From an uncultured Acetatifactor sp. (GTDB lineage Bacteria > Bacillota > Clostridia > Lachnospirales > Lachnospiraceae), in contig CANQJL010000004.1 of the NCBI GenBank assembly GCA_947624245.1, forward strand, positions 10,272-74,271: a stretch of 64,000 bases of DNA. Reading direction: 5' to 3'. How positions within the stretch are numbered: position 1 is the stretch's first letter; every line of letters begins with the position of its first letter. Of this stretch, positions 27,759-38,166 are shown piece by piece. The position numbers and the translations under genes were made by a program. Below the pieces are notes generated by a model that was given only the letters and a program-made list of their open reading frames with translations, had not been told where the DNA came from and searched no databases.

Positions 27759-28658
27759 ATGGAAACACATTATTTGATAGATTATGAAAATGCCGGAAAA
27801 AACGGTCTAAAGGGATGTGAAAATCTCTCAAGTACGGATCATATTCATATGTTTTACACGGATAATTCAAAAAATACAACATTTGATTTTATTATAAATC
27901 ATGGAAAAGCGATGTTGGATATAAGAAAAGTTCCTGCGGGAGACCAGTCCTTAGATAAACATCTAATTGCATATTTGGGGTATTTGGTAGGGATAAATGT
28001 TAATAAGAAAGTCAAGTATGTGATTGTATCATCGGATAAAGGTTATGATAAAATTGGTGAGTTTCTACGAGAAGAATATGAAAAAGAGTGTGAAAATAGT
28101 ATATCTGTTTCAAGAAGAAATACTATCGAGGTAAAAAAAGTCACACAGGAAAAAGATGTGAAACAGAATACAGAAAAGAAAGCACCTACAGTTAAGGTAG
28201 ACAAAGCGAAAAAAACAGAGTTAAATAAACAGATACAACAGGCGTTAAGTAGATCAGAAATAGAGTATAAACCTGAAGTAATGAATGAAGTTGCCAAAGC
28301 TGTAACCTCGCTATACGGAAATGAAAAGTTTATGAATGATGTACATAATACTTTACGTGATATGTATCCAGATGACTACCTTGATGTATATGGAGATATT
28401 AAACCTGTTATTAGCAAATACATAACAGTACAGGATAAAAACGCAGATGGCAATAATAAAAAAGTGCTTCATAATGAAATACATCAGATTTTGAGCAAAG
28501 CCAATGCGGGTAAAGAGGTTATCGCATATGTGCCGGGGTTAGTAATAAGGCATTGTGATGAAAAGAATGCTTTACAGACTATATACAGAACAATCATACA
28601 AAAGTTTGGGCAGAAGAAAGGGTTGGATATATACAATAGAATAAAAAAGCATATTTAG
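27759..28658 (+). CDS. PIN/NYN-like domain protein with a helical C-terminal region
   Basis: YLIDYEN, QSLDKHL, IVSSDKGYD acidic motifs; very AT-rich. Confidence 0.7.
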   Translation: METHYLIDYENAGKNGLKGCENLSSTDHIHMFYTDNSKNTTFDFIINHGKAMLDIRKVPAGDQSLDKHLIAYLGYLVGINVNKKVKYVIVSSDKGYDKIGEFLREEYEKECENSISVSRRNTIEVKKVTQEKDVKQNTEKKAPTVKVDKAKKTELNKQIQQALSRSEIEYKPEVMNEVAKAVTSLYGNEKFMNDVHNTLRDMYPDDYLDVYGDIKPVISKYITVQDKNADGNNKKVLHNEIHQILSKANAGKEVIAYVPGLVIRHCDEKNALQTIYRTIIQKFGQKKGLDIYNRIKKHI

Positions 28659-28676
28659 CGAGGAATGATTCTTCGC

Positions 28677-28736
28677 TTTACAAGGGTGTGCATTCCCGAA
28701 TCTTTTCTCAAAAAATCCAAAATGCACACCCGAAAT
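28677..28736. repeat. Palindromic element
   Basis: GGGTGTGCATT...AATGCACACCC; left-half homolog at 26651-26686, right-half homolog at 27459-27488. Confidence 0.75.
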
Positions 28737-28739
28737 ATG

Positions 28740-30251
28740 TCAGCACAAGGGAACGATGATTCGTAATATTCCGTCAATAAACCATTTCAGGAAACTGTTC
28801 TTGATCGAATCGGGCGTGCGCTCCGTACATTTCTCCTGTGTGGCAATAAAGTCCGCCCTCAGATCGTCCAACAGCGACGCGCGGTAGAACAGCGAGTTGT
28901 TCTCAAAATGCAGGAACAGGCTGCGATAATCCAGATTTACCGTTCCCACCGTTCCGACGATGCCGTCGATGAGGCAGGCCTTGGCGTGCACGAAGCCCGG
29001 CGTATATTCGTAAATTTTCACTCCCGCCTGCAAAAGCACGGGATAGAAGCTGCGGGACATGCGGTATACCAGCTTTTTGTCCGGAATGCCGGGCATGATG
29101 ATCCGCACGTCGACCCCTCTGCGCGCGGCGCGGATAAAGGCGTCCAGCAGCGCATTTCCCGGCATTAGGTAGGGCGTATAGAACCATGCCGTTTTCCGCG
29201 CCTGTGACAGCAGGTCGATATACAGCTCGTTGGAGACGGCGTCGTCGCGAAGCGGCGAATCGTAGTAGCTGAGGACCAGACCGTCCGCAGCGTCCGTATC
29301 TGCATAGGTATCCGCCGTCAGGTATTCGTCCGGAATGCGTTCTCCCGCAAAGGCGTCCCAGAACTGCGCGAACATTCGCGTGTAATTCTCCACCGCATCC
29401 CCTGCCATTCGAAAACCGATATCCTTCCAATGACCGTATTTTTCAATATGATTGATATATTCGTCGGCCAGATTGACGCCGCCGCTGAAGGCGACCTTTC
29501 CGTCGATGATCAGCATTTTGCGGTGGTCGCGGTAATTCAGCGTTCCCTTGATGAGCACCAGAGGATTGAATGCCGCGCAATGTATTCCTTTCTTTTTCAG
29601 CTTTTCCGCATCGGCCTTCGCATAGGTGGAGATACTGCCGAGGTCGTCGTACATGACGCGCACGTCCACGCCCTGTGCGGATTTTTCCGCAAGGATCTCC
29701 GTGATCGAATCCCACATCAGGCCGTTTTCGATGATGAAATATTCCACAAAAATGAACCGTTCTGCTTTTTTCAGCTCGGCAAGGATATCCGGAAACATCT
29801 GATCGCCGAGGGAATAGTACTCGGCGGTGCGATTTGCGTGGAGCGCAAAGCCTGTCTTTTCTTCCAGCCAGCGAAAGGTCTGGGCGAGCCGCTCGTTTTC
29901 GGCGGACAGCGCCTCATGAAGCGGTGCGGCATCGGATCTGTCTGTCAAAAGCGGCGGAGCGTGGTTCAGCTTCTTCTGAAGCGGTCTGGTAGTGCGCTTG
30001 TTTCCGAAGAGCAGGTACAATAATGCGCCGGGCAGAGGAAACGTAAGGATCACCAGCAGCCAGAGGATCTTATAGGTGCTTTCGTCTTGCTTTGTGATGA
30101 TGTACAGGACGAACAGCAGAGCCAGGACCGACAGGACGGCATGGATCAATCCCGCCCATGGCGCCAGCCAGTGAAAGAGGACAAGCAGCCACAGGACCTG
30201 CACAAGCACAGCGGGCAATATGGCAAAGACGCGTCGTATGATTCTGTTCAT
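28740..30251 (-). CDS. cls: Cardiolipin synthase
   Basis: Two HKD motifs (DHRKMLIIDG, HAKACLIDG) and N-terminal TM helices. Confidence 0.95.
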   Translation of the reverse strand: MNRIIRRVFAILPAVLVQVLWLLVLFHWLAPWAGLIHAVLSVLALLFVLYIITKQDESTYKILWLLVILTFPLPGALLYLLFGNKRTTRPLQKKLNHAPPLLTDRSDAAPLHEALSAENERLAQTFRWLEEKTGFALHANRTAEYYSLGDQMFPDILAELKKAERFIFVEYFIIENGLMWDSITEILAEKSAQGVDVRVMYDDLGSISTYAKADAEKLKKKGIHCAAFNPLVLIKGTLNYRDHRKMLIIDGKVAFSGGVNLADEYINHIEKYGHWKDIGFRMAGDAVENYTRMFAQFWDAFAGERIPDEYLTADTYADTDAADGLVLSYYDSPLRDDAVSNELYIDLLSQARKTAWFYTPYLMPGNALLDAFIRAARRGVDVRIIMPGIPDKKLVYRMSRSFYPVLLQAGVKIYEYTPGFVHAKACLIDGIVGTVGTVNLDYRSLFLHFENNSLFYRASLLDDLRADFIATQEKCTERTPDSIKNSFLKWFIDGILRIIVPLC

Positions 30252-30565
30252 AGAAATTCTCCTTTCGTATGCCAAGCTAATAGTATTATATCTTTTTTGG
30301 GCGCATTTTTCAATGAAAGAATATCCAATCGATGTTTGTGATGTCCAGTATATACCAAATTTTCTGTTGAAAACACCTGCTATTTTAACATATAGCGTAT
30401 ATCAGTACTGCACGCGACTGTACTTTGCCGCATGATTTTTATAACGGATAGAGCCCTCTTTTAAAATTTATCTCCCAAAACCAAGTCCAACACATTGGCC
30501 GGAATTTATATTATTATTAGAATTTGAACACAATTTGGACACATTTTGCTCTTAAACTAAAAGTC

Positions 30566-30642
30566 AGATAGTTGATGAACTCACTATCTCCCCCCTCATA
30601 AGTAACAGGAGCCTCCGGTGTAAATCGGAGGCTTCTGTTTTT
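30566..30642 (+). ncRNA. Candidate small RNA or attenuator
   Basis: Hairpin 30566-30589, C-rich single-stranded tract, strong intrinsic terminator 30606-30642, no ORF. Confidence 0.4.
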
Positions 30643-30736
30643 CGTATGACCAGGGTTTCTATTTTGGGGTGGTAGAAAAGGAAAAAATAGAGTAAAATAA
30701 TAGTGATCATGTTCTGAATTTTAGGACGGTAGAAAT

Positions 30737-32209
30737 ATGAAATTAGCGGATTTACTGGCGCGGCTGGAATACACCTGTCTGCAGGGGACCTTAGACAGGG
30801 AAGTTACGCAAGTGATCTACGATTCCGAAAAGGCCGTAACGGGCTGCCTCTTTATCTGTATCCAAGGCGCCGATCATGACGGTCATGACTTTGCCAAAGA
30901 TGCGGTGGAAAGAGGCGCGGAGGTACTGATCGTCTCCAGAGAAGTGCCGGATGTGACAGGCGGCGTGACGGTCATCAGGGTGGCGGATACCCGCTATGCC
31001 ATGGCGTTCATCTCGGCGGCATGGTTCGAATATCCGGCCGAAAAGCTGAAGGCCATCGGCATCACGGGGACCAAGGGAAAGACCACCACGGCCTATCTGG
31101 TGCGCTCCATTTTGGAGCGCGGCGGGTATCACGTGGGGCTAATCGGTACAGTTGAGGTCATCATCGGAATGACCCATATCAAAGCCGGAAATACCACACC
31201 GGAGTCCTGGCTTTTGCAGGAATATCTTCATCGAATGGTGCAGGAGGGGCTGGACGCCGTCGTGATGGAGGTGTCCTCTCAGGCGCTGATGCTTCATAGG
31301 ACACAGGGGTTCGTGTTTGATTACGGCGTTTTTACAAATTTGGAGCCGGACCATATCGGCCCGAAGGAACACGCCTGCTTTGAGGAGTATCTCGCCTGTA
31401 AGGCGCTTTTGTTCAGGCAGTGCCGCACGGGCATCGTAAACGGCGACGACAGCCACTGGCGCAGGGTGACGGAGGGGCACACCTGTCGGCTTGAGACATT
31501 CGGGTTCGGCGAGGACTGCATGATACGCGCGCAGGATCCGAAGCTGGTGCGCAGGTCCGGCAATCTCGGCGTGACGTTTCGCGTGAGCGGGCCCACGCAG
31601 ATGGAGGCAGAGGTGGGGACGCCCGGAAAATTCAGCGTCTACAATGCGCTGGCCGCCATTGCGGTCTGCAGGCATTTTGACGTCGGGGAGAGCGAGATGA
31701 AGGAGGCCCTGCTTACCGCCAGGGTAAAAGGGCGCATAGAGCCCGTAAAGATCTCCGACAAATTTACGCTGTTGATCGATTACGCCCACAACGCCATGGC
31801 GCTGAGCAATTTGCTGACCACCCTGCGCGCATATGAACCCCACAGGCTGATCTGCGTCTTTGGATGCGGGGGCAACCGTTCCGTGCAGAGACGGTTCGAG
31901 ATGGGAGAGGTCAGCGGCAGGCTTGCGGATCTGACGGTCATTACCTCGGACAATCCGCGCTTTGAGGAGCCTATGGCGATCATAGAGGACATCAAGTCCG
32001 GCATGAAGAAGACCGAGGGCAGATACCTTGCAATCTGCGACCGCAAGGAAGCCATCGGCTACGCCATCTCCCACGCAGAGGAGGGAGACATCATTGTGCT
32101 TGCCGGAAAGGGACATGAGGATTATCAGGAGATCAGGGGAGTAAAGTACCCCATGGACGAGCGGGTGCTGATCCGAGAGCTTCTGGAGGAGGGAACACAA
32201 CACATATGA
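30737..32209 (+). CDS. murE: UDP-MurNAc-tripeptide synthetase
   Basis: GITGTKGKTT, MEVSSQ, DYAHN, FGCGGNR, DNPR, AGKGHE. Confidence 0.96.
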   Translation: MKLADLLARLEYTCLQGTLDREVTQVIYDSEKAVTGCLFICIQGADHDGHDFAKDAVERGAEVLIVSREVPDVTGGVTVIRVADTRYAMAFISAAWFEYPAEKLKAIGITGTKGKTTTAYLVRSILERGGYHVGLIGTVEVIIGMTHIKAGNTTPESWLLQEYLHRMVQEGLDAVVMEVSSQALMLHRTQGFVFDYGVFTNLEPDHIGPKEHACFEEYLACKALLFRQCRTGIVNGDDSHWRRVTEGHTCRLETFGFGEDCMIRAQDPKLVRRSGNLGVTFRVSGPTQMEAEVGTPGKFSVYNALAAIAVCRHFDVGESEMKEALLTARVKGRIEPVKISDKFTLLIDYAHNAMALSNLLTTLRAYEPHRLICVFGCGGNRSVQRRFEMGEVSGRLADLTVITSDNPRFEEPMAIIEDIKSGMKKTEGRYLAICDRKEAIGYAISHAEEGDIIVLAGKGHEDYQEIRGVKYPMDERVLIRELLEEGTQHI

Positions 32210-34461
32210 GGGAGCTGTACGCGGACGTTATCGTGGATATTTCCCATGAAAAACTGGATAAGGCTTTTCAGTACAGGGTGCCGGAGTCTCTGCGCGGGGC
32301 GCTGGAGACGGGCATGTGCGTCACGGTCCCTTTCGGCGGAGGCAACAAGCCGGTCAAGGGCTATGTGGTAGATCTCGGCGAAGTGTGCAAGTTCGATCCG
32401 GACAGGACGAAGGACATTTTGGATATTGCGGCCAACGGCGTCGGCGTGGAGGATAAGATGATCGCGCTGGCGGCGTGGATCAGAAAAAATTACGGTTCCA
32501 CCATGATACAGGCGCTGAAGACGGTGCTGCCCGCGAAGCAGTCCGTGAAGCGGCTGGAGCACCGCACTCTGCAGCGCATCATGAGCAGGGAGGAGATTCT
32601 CTCTCTACTGGGGGAGAGCAGGCGAAAGAAGCAGGTGGCAAAGGAACGTCTCCTGCAGGAGCTTGCGGATCAGGAGGCCATTCCCTATGAATGGGTCACG
32701 GCAAAGCTCGGCGTCTCCGCGCAGACCGTAAGGAGTCTGGAGCGGGCGGGGGCTGTCAGGGTCGTGACCCGAGAGAGCTTCCGAAATCCCGTGAAGCTGG
32801 AGTACGGGGAAGAACGGGAAAAAAGCCTGAGCGAAGCGCAGAGCAGAATCGTGGAGAGCATACTGTCCGACATGGGAAATGACAGGCCCGGTGTCTATCT
32901 GCTCCACGGGATCACAGGAAGCGGCAAGACCCGAATCTATCTGGAGCTGATCGAGGAGGTGGTTCGGCAGGGAAGGCAGGCCATTGTACTGATACCGGAG
33001 ATCGCGCTGACCTACCAGACGCTGCTGCGCTTTTACCGGCGCTTCGGCGACAGGGTAAGCGTCATGAATTCGACGCTCTCCCCGGGGGAAAAATACGACC
33101 AGTGCGAGAGGGCGAAACGCGGGGAGATCGATGTGATCATAGGGCCCAGATCGGCGCTGTTCACCCCTTTTCCCAACATCGGCATCATCGTCATAGACGA
33201 GGAGCATGAGGGAAGCTATAAAAGCGAAGCCTCCCCCAAATATCACGCGAGAGAGACGGCGCTGGAGGTGGCAAAGCTGCATGGAGCCGGCGTGGTGCTC
33301 GGTTCGGCCACGCCGTCCCTGGAGGCATATTATCGGGCACAGCGCGGGGAATACCGCCTTTTTCGGCTGACGCAGCGCCTTTCCGGAGGCTGTCTTCCGA
33401 CGGTCTACACGGTGGATCTGAGGAAGGAGTTAAAGGAGGGGAACCGCTCTATTTTCAGCAGGAAGCTTCAGGAGCTGTTGGCGGATCGGCTGAATAAGGG
33501 CGAGCAGAGTATCCTTTTTTTGAACAGAAGGGGGTATGCGGGATTCATTTCCTGCCGGGCGTGCGGCCATGTGATGAAATGTCCCCACTGCGACGTGTCG
33601 CTCTCGGAGCACAGAAACGGTATGCTCCTGTGCCATTATTGCGGCTACGGGGAACCGAAGCCCGCGGTCTGTCCGGAATGCGGCTCAAAGTACATCAGCG
33701 GTTTTCGGGCGGGAACGCAGCAGATCGAGGAAAAGCTTCATGAAATGTTCCCCGGGGTGCGGACCCTGCGCATGGACGGGGACACCACAAAGACAAAGGA
33801 CAGCTATCAGCAGATACTGTCTGCTTTCGCCAATGAGGAGGCGGACGTGCTCATCGGCACACAGATGATCGTCAAGGGACACGATTTCCCAAAGGTGACG
33901 CTGGTGGGCGTGCTGGCCGCAGATCTGTCCCTGAGCGCGGGGGATTACCGGGCAGGAGAGCGGACGTTTCAGCTGCTGACTCAGGCGGTGGGGCGTGCCG
34001 GACGGGGAGAACTGCCGGGCGAGGCCGTGATCCAGACCTACCGGCCGGATCACTATGCGGTGGTCCACGCGGCCGCGCAGGACTACGAGGGCTTTTACGA
34101 GGAAGAGATACTGTACCGCGAGATGATGGAATATCCGCCCGTTTCCCATATGCTTGCAGTGCAGATATTTGCACGGGACGAGACGCGGGGCATACAGCTT
34201 GCCGACCGGCTTGCCGAGACCGTAAGAAACGTCTCTTTTGCGGAAGAGGCCGGGGCGGAGCAGGAAAAGGCGCTGCGGGTGATCGGGCCGGCGCCCGCCT
34301 CCATCGGAAAAATTAATGATATTTTCAGATTTGTATTCTATGTAAAATGCGCAGAATATGATAAACTGATACAGGTAAAGGACAGGGCGGAAGAGATGCT
34401 TCGACAGTGGAAGCCGCAGGAGACGGTACAGTTCGACTTTGATCCGGTGAACACCGTGTGA
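32206..34461 (+). CDS. priA: Primosomal protein N'
   Basis: GITGSGKT, IDEEH, NRRGY, two CxxC pairs, GTQMIVKGHDF, GRAGR. Confidence 0.97.
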   Translation: MRELYADVIVDISHEKLDKAFQYRVPESLRGALETGMCVTVPFGGGNKPVKGYVVDLGEVCKFDPDRTKDILDIAANGVGVEDKMIALAAWIRKNYGSTMIQALKTVLPAKQSVKRLEHRTLQRIMSREEILSLLGESRRKKQVAKERLLQELADQEAIPYEWVTAKLGVSAQTVRSLERAGAVRVVTRESFRNPVKLEYGEEREKSLSEAQSRIVESILSDMGNDRPGVYLLHGITGSGKTRIYLELIEEVVRQGRQAIVLIPEIALTYQTLLRFYRRFGDRVSVMNSTLSPGEKYDQCERAKRGEIDVIIGPRSALFTPFPNIGIIVIDEEHEGSYKSEASPKYHARETALEVAKLHGAGVVLGSATPSLEAYYRAQRGEYRLFRLTQRLSGGCLPTVYTVDLRKELKEGNRSIFSRKLQELLADRLNKGEQSILFLNRRGYAGFISCRACGHVMKCPHCDVSLSEHRNGMLLCHYCGYGEPKPAVCPECGSKYISGFRAGTQQIEEKLHEMFPGVRTLRMDGDTTKTKDSYQQILSAFANEEADVLIGTQMIVKGHDFPKVTLVGVLAADLSLSAGDYRAGERTFQLLTQAVGRAGRGELPGEAVIQTYRPDHYAVVHAAAQDYEGFYEEEILYREMMEYPPVSHMLAVQIFARDETRGIQLADRLAETVRNVSFAEEAGAEQEKALRVIGPAPASIGKINDIFRFVFYVKCAEYDKLIQVKDRAEEMLRQWKPQETVQFDFDPVNTV

Positions 34462-34520
34462 CAGCATCTTTGCCCGATGACAATTGAAAAAGCTGCAGGA
34501 CGCAGCGGGAGAGAGGAAAA

Positions 34521-35000
34521 ATGGCTATCAGGAACATACGCGAGATCGGCGAGGAAGTGCTTACGAAAAAGAGCAGGGAAGTGACGGAGATGACGCCCAG
34601 GATCAAGGAATTGATCGGGGATATGCTGGAGACAATGTATGAGGCGAACGGCGTGGGTCTGGCGGCTCCGCAGGTAGGCGTGTTGAAGCGCATCGTGGTG
34701 ATCGACACGACAGGGGAGGATCCCCACATTCTCATCAACCCCAGGATTGTTGAGACAAGCGGCGAGCAGACGGGCTCCGAGGGCTGCCTGAGCGTTCCCG
34801 GAAAAAAGGGACAGGTGACCCGCCCCGAATATGTCAAGGCAGTGGCGCTGGACGCGGATATGAAGCCCTATGAGCTGGAGGGGACCGAGCTGCTTGCCAG
34901 AGCGATCTGCCATGAACTGGATCATCTGGACGGAGTACTCTACGTGGAGAAGGTAGAGGGACCTCTGCTGGATGCGGGGAGCGAGGAAGGCGAGGAATAG
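34521..35000 (+). CDS. def: Peptide deformylase
   Basis: GVGLAAPQ, EGCLS, HELDH. Confidence 0.98.
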   Translation: MAIRNIREIGEEVLTKKSREVTEMTPRIKELIGDMLETMYEANGVGLAAPQVGVLKRIVVIDTTGEDPHILINPRIVETSGEQTGSEGCLSVPGKKGQVTRPEYVKAVALDADMKPYELEGTELLARAICHELDHLDGVLYVEKVEGPLLDAGSEEGEE

Positions 35001-35001
35001 C

Positions 35002-36003
35002 ATGAAGATTGTATTTATGGGTACTCCGGACTTTGCGGCGGGAGCTTTGGAGGCTCTGATCGGCGCAGGGCATGACATCATACTGGCAGTGACACAGCCC
35101 GACAGACCCAAGGGCAGAAGCGGGGAACCGGTACCGCCGGCCGTAAAGGTCTGCGCTCTGAAACACGGGATTCCTGTTTTTCAGCCTTTGAAGATCAAGA
35201 CTCCTGAGGCTGTGGCGGAGCTGAGAAGGTATGAGGCGGATCTCTTTGTGGTGGCGGCTTTCGGGCAGATCCTGTCGCGGGAGATTTTGGATATGCCGCG
35301 GTACGGCAGCCTGAATATTCACGCTTCGCTTCTGCCGAAATACAGGGGAGCGTCCCCTATCCAGCACGTGATCTTAGACGGCGAGGAATACACGGGCGTG
35401 ACCATCATGCAGATGGACGAGGGAATCGACACAGGGGATATTTTGTACCAAAAAGAAATTCCCATAGAGAAGAAGGACAACTATGAGACGCTGCACGACA
35501 AGCTGAAGGTCCTGGGAGGCGAGGCCATTGTGGAAGCGCTGCCCTTGCTGGAACAGGGAAGGCTGACTCCCGTAAAGCAGCAGGAGGACCTAAGCTGCCA
35601 CGCTCCGCTCATTCAAAAGAGCATGGGGCGGATAGATTTCACAAAAGATGCGCAGACCATCGACAGACAGATCCGCGGCATGACGCCGTGGCCCGGTGCG
35701 TACACCTCCTATCGGGGCAGACAGCTGAAGATATGGCTGGCGGAGGCGGCAGAGGAAGGGAGCGCCGGACCCGAAGAGAATTCCGGGGGAAAGGATTCCG
35801 CGGGCAGAAGCAAAGCTGTGGGGAATGCTGCCGAGAGAAGGCCGGGAGAGATTCTGGAGATCGGCAGGGATCATGTGACGGTGGCCGCCGGAAAGGGCGC
35901 GCTGCGCATTCTGGAGCTGCAGCTTGAAGGGAAAAAGAGAATGACGGCCCGTGATTTTCTGCCGGGGGTCAGAATGGAGCGGGGAGAGATCCTGGGACAG
36001 TAA
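35002..36003 (+). CDS. fmt: Methionyl-tRNA formyltransferase
   Basis: FMGTPDF, TQPDRP, NIHASLLPKYRGASP, DTGDI. Confidence 0.97.
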   Translation: MKIVFMGTPDFAAGALEALIGAGHDIILAVTQPDRPKGRSGEPVPPAVKVCALKHGIPVFQPLKIKTPEAVAELRRYEADLFVVAAFGQILSREILDMPRYGSLNIHASLLPKYRGASPIQHVILDGEEYTGVTIMQMDEGIDTGDILYQKEIPIEKKDNYETLHDKLKVLGGEAIVEALPLLEQGRLTPVKQQEDLSCHAPLIQKSMGRIDFTKDAQTIDRQIRGMTPWPGAYTSYRGRQLKIWLAEAAEEGSAGPEENSGGKDSAGRSKAVGNAAERRPGEILEIGRDHVTVAAGKGALRILELQLEGKKRMTARDFLPGVRMERGEILGQ

Positions 36004-36022
36004 GAGGAAGGAGCGATGATTT

Positions 36023-36721
36023 ATGCCTTACTATTATTATGATGCCACATATCTGTTGGTACTGATCGGAATGGTGCTGTGCCTTGCCGCCAGCGCCTTG
36101 GTGAACAGCACCATGAAGAAATACAGCAAGGTCAGGAATTATGCGGGGCTGACCGGCGGTGAGGCGGCTCGCAGGATACTGAACAACGAGGGGCTCTACG
36201 ATGTACAGGTGGAGTGCTTGAGAGACGAGCGGGGCGATCACTACGATCCCAGAAGCAGGACGGTCCGTCTCTCCTACAGCAATTACACAGGAGCTTCCGT
36301 GACGGCGGTCAGCGTGGCGGCGCATGAGTGCGGTCACGCCATACAGCATCAAAAGGAGTATGCGCCCTTGAGTCTTCGGACGGCGCTGGTGCCCGTGGTG
36401 AATATCGGCAGCAGGCTGGGAATGCCTATGATCATTCTCGGCGTGCTGTTGGGCTGGAATCAGGTACTGATCCAGATCGGCATCTGGGCCTTTGTGGCGG
36501 CGCTCTTGTTTCAGCTTGTGACGCTGCCCGTGGAATTTAACGCTTCCGGCAGGGCTGTGGAAAAGGTGGACCAGTACGGTCTCTTGACGGCACAGGAGCG
36601 CGGGGGCTGTAAGAAGGTCCTGACGGCGGCGGCCCTGACCTATGTGGCGGCAGCGGCGTCCTCGGCGCTTCAGCTGCTGCGTCTGGTGCTTTTGTTCGGA
36701 GGCAACAGAAGGAGAGATTAG
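36023..36721 (+). CDS. YugP-like membrane zinc metallopeptidase
   Basis: DHYDP, AAHECGHAIQH, TLPVEFNAS, AAALTYVA. Confidence 0.9.
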   Translation: MPYYYYDATYLLVLIGMVLCLAASALVNSTMKKYSKVRNYAGLTGGEAARRILNNEGLYDVQVECLRDERGDHYDPRSRTVRLSYSNYTGASVTAVSVAAHECGHAIQHQKEYAPLSLRTALVPVVNIGSRLGMPMIILGVLLGWNQVLIQIGIWAFVAALLFQLVTLPVEFNASGRAVEKVDQYGLLTAQERGGCKKVLTAAALTYVAAAASSALQLLRLVLLFGGNRRRD

Positions 36722-36724
36722 GGC

Positions 36725-38134
36725 ATGGCGGAGAATGTCAGAGAGATCGCGCTGGACACACTGCTTGCGCTGGAGCGGGGACAGGAGTACTCCGACCGCC
36801 TGATCGGAGCGGTGCTGGGCAAATACGATTATCTTCCGGCCAGGGACAAGGCCTTTCTGAAGCGTGTGACGGAGGGGACTCTGGAGCGACAGACGGAGCT
36901 GGATTATTATCTGAACCGCTTTTCTTCCGTGCCTGTCCGCAAGATGAAACCGCTTATCAGATGTCTGCTGCGCATGAGCCTGTACCAGCTTCTGTATATG
37001 GATTCGATACCGGACAGAGCCGTCCTGAGCGAGGCCGTCAAGCTGGCGGAGAAGCGGGGCTTCGGCAGCCTGAAGGGCTTTGTGAACGGCGTGCTGCGTA
37101 AGCTGGCCGCAGAGAAGGGGGCGCTTCCCCTGCCGGACAGAGAAAAGAACACGGGAGAATATTTTTCCGTGAAGTATTCCATGCCGCGGTGGATCGTAGA
37201 TCTGTGGTCGGAGGAATACGGCGAAGAGATTACGGAGACTATATTGGAGGAACTGCTGCGGATTCATTCCGTCTCCCTGCGCCTGCGGACGGATCTGTCC
37301 CGAGACGGGCAGGAGACTGTCTGCAGAAGACTGCAGGAGGCCGGCGCTTCCCCGAAGCAGAGCAGGTACCTGCCGTATATCTATACCGTGAAGGCCGGTG
37401 AGACGCCGGCGGCGCTGCCGGGGTTTTCGGAAGGGCAGTTCAGCGTTCAGGACGTAAGCTCCGCGCTGGCGGTGGAGGCGGCCGGTATCCGGCCGGGAGA
37501 TTTTGTGATAGACGTCTGCGCGGCGCCCGGCGGGAAGAGCCTGCTGGCAGCCGAAAAGGCGGGAAGGGTGCTGGCGCGGGATATTTCTTTGGAGAGAACG
37601 GAGCGCATTCGGGAGGCCGTAGCGCGAATGGGCGCAAAGAACCTGCAGATACAGGTGTATGATGCCACGGCGTTCGACAATACTCTGAAGGAAAGCGCAG
37701 ATGTGGTGCTGGTGGACGCGCCCTGTTCCGGACTGGGCGTCATAGGCAAGAAGCGGGATATCAAATACCGGGTCACTCCCGAGGGAACGGAAAGCCTTGC
37801 CTCGCTGCAGCGTAAGATCCTCAGAGTCTGCAGCCGGTATGTGAAGCACGGTGGGATTCTGCTGTACAGTACCTGTACCATAAATATTCACGAGAACGAG
37901 GAAATGGTCCGTTTTATCACAGAGGAACTGCCCTTTGAGCCGCAGCCTCTTTCTCAGGTGCTGCCCGAGGCCGTGATGCGTGACAGAGAGCGGGTCGAGA
38001 GACTGCGCAGGGAGCGGGGAAAAGAGTGCTTTCTTGCAACGGACGAGGGCTCCCGACAGGCATGTATCCAGATGCTGCCGGGATATATGGAGGGGGACGG
38101 CTTTTTCATCGCCAGATTCCGCCGCAAGCCCTGA
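36725..38134 (+). CDS. rsmB: 16S rRNA m5C967 methyltransferase
   Basis: NusB-like N-terminus, DVCAAPGGKS, DAPCSGLG, YSTCT. Confidence 0.95.
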   Translation: MAENVREIALDTLLALERGQEYSDRLIGAVLGKYDYLPARDKAFLKRVTEGTLERQTELDYYLNRFSSVPVRKMKPLIRCLLRMSLYQLLYMDSIPDRAVLSEAVKLAEKRGFGSLKGFVNGVLRKLAAEKGALPLPDREKNTGEYFSVKYSMPRWIVDLWSEEYGEEITETILEELLRIHSVSLRLRTDLSRDGQETVCRRLQEAGASPKQSRYLPYIYTVKAGETPAALPGFSEGQFSVQDVSSALAVEAAGIRPGDFVIDVCAAPGGKSLLAAEKAGRVLARDISLERTERIREAVARMGAKNLQIQVYDATAFDNTLKESADVVLVDAPCSGLGVIGKKRDIKYRVTPEGTESLASLQRKILRVCSRYVKHGGILLYSTCTINIHENEEMVRFITEELPFEPQPLSQVLPEAVMRDRERVERLRRERGKECFLATDEGSRQACIQMLPGYMEGDGFFIARFRRKP

Positions 38135-38166
38135 CAGGTCCTTAGATTTCCGAAGGAGTAAGACAG

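Noticed and set aside
35745-35845. Gly/Ser/Ala-rich insertions in Fmt, RsgA and the ABC subunit 1 tail
   Set aside because: Look like lineage-specific low-complexity loops with no functional evidence
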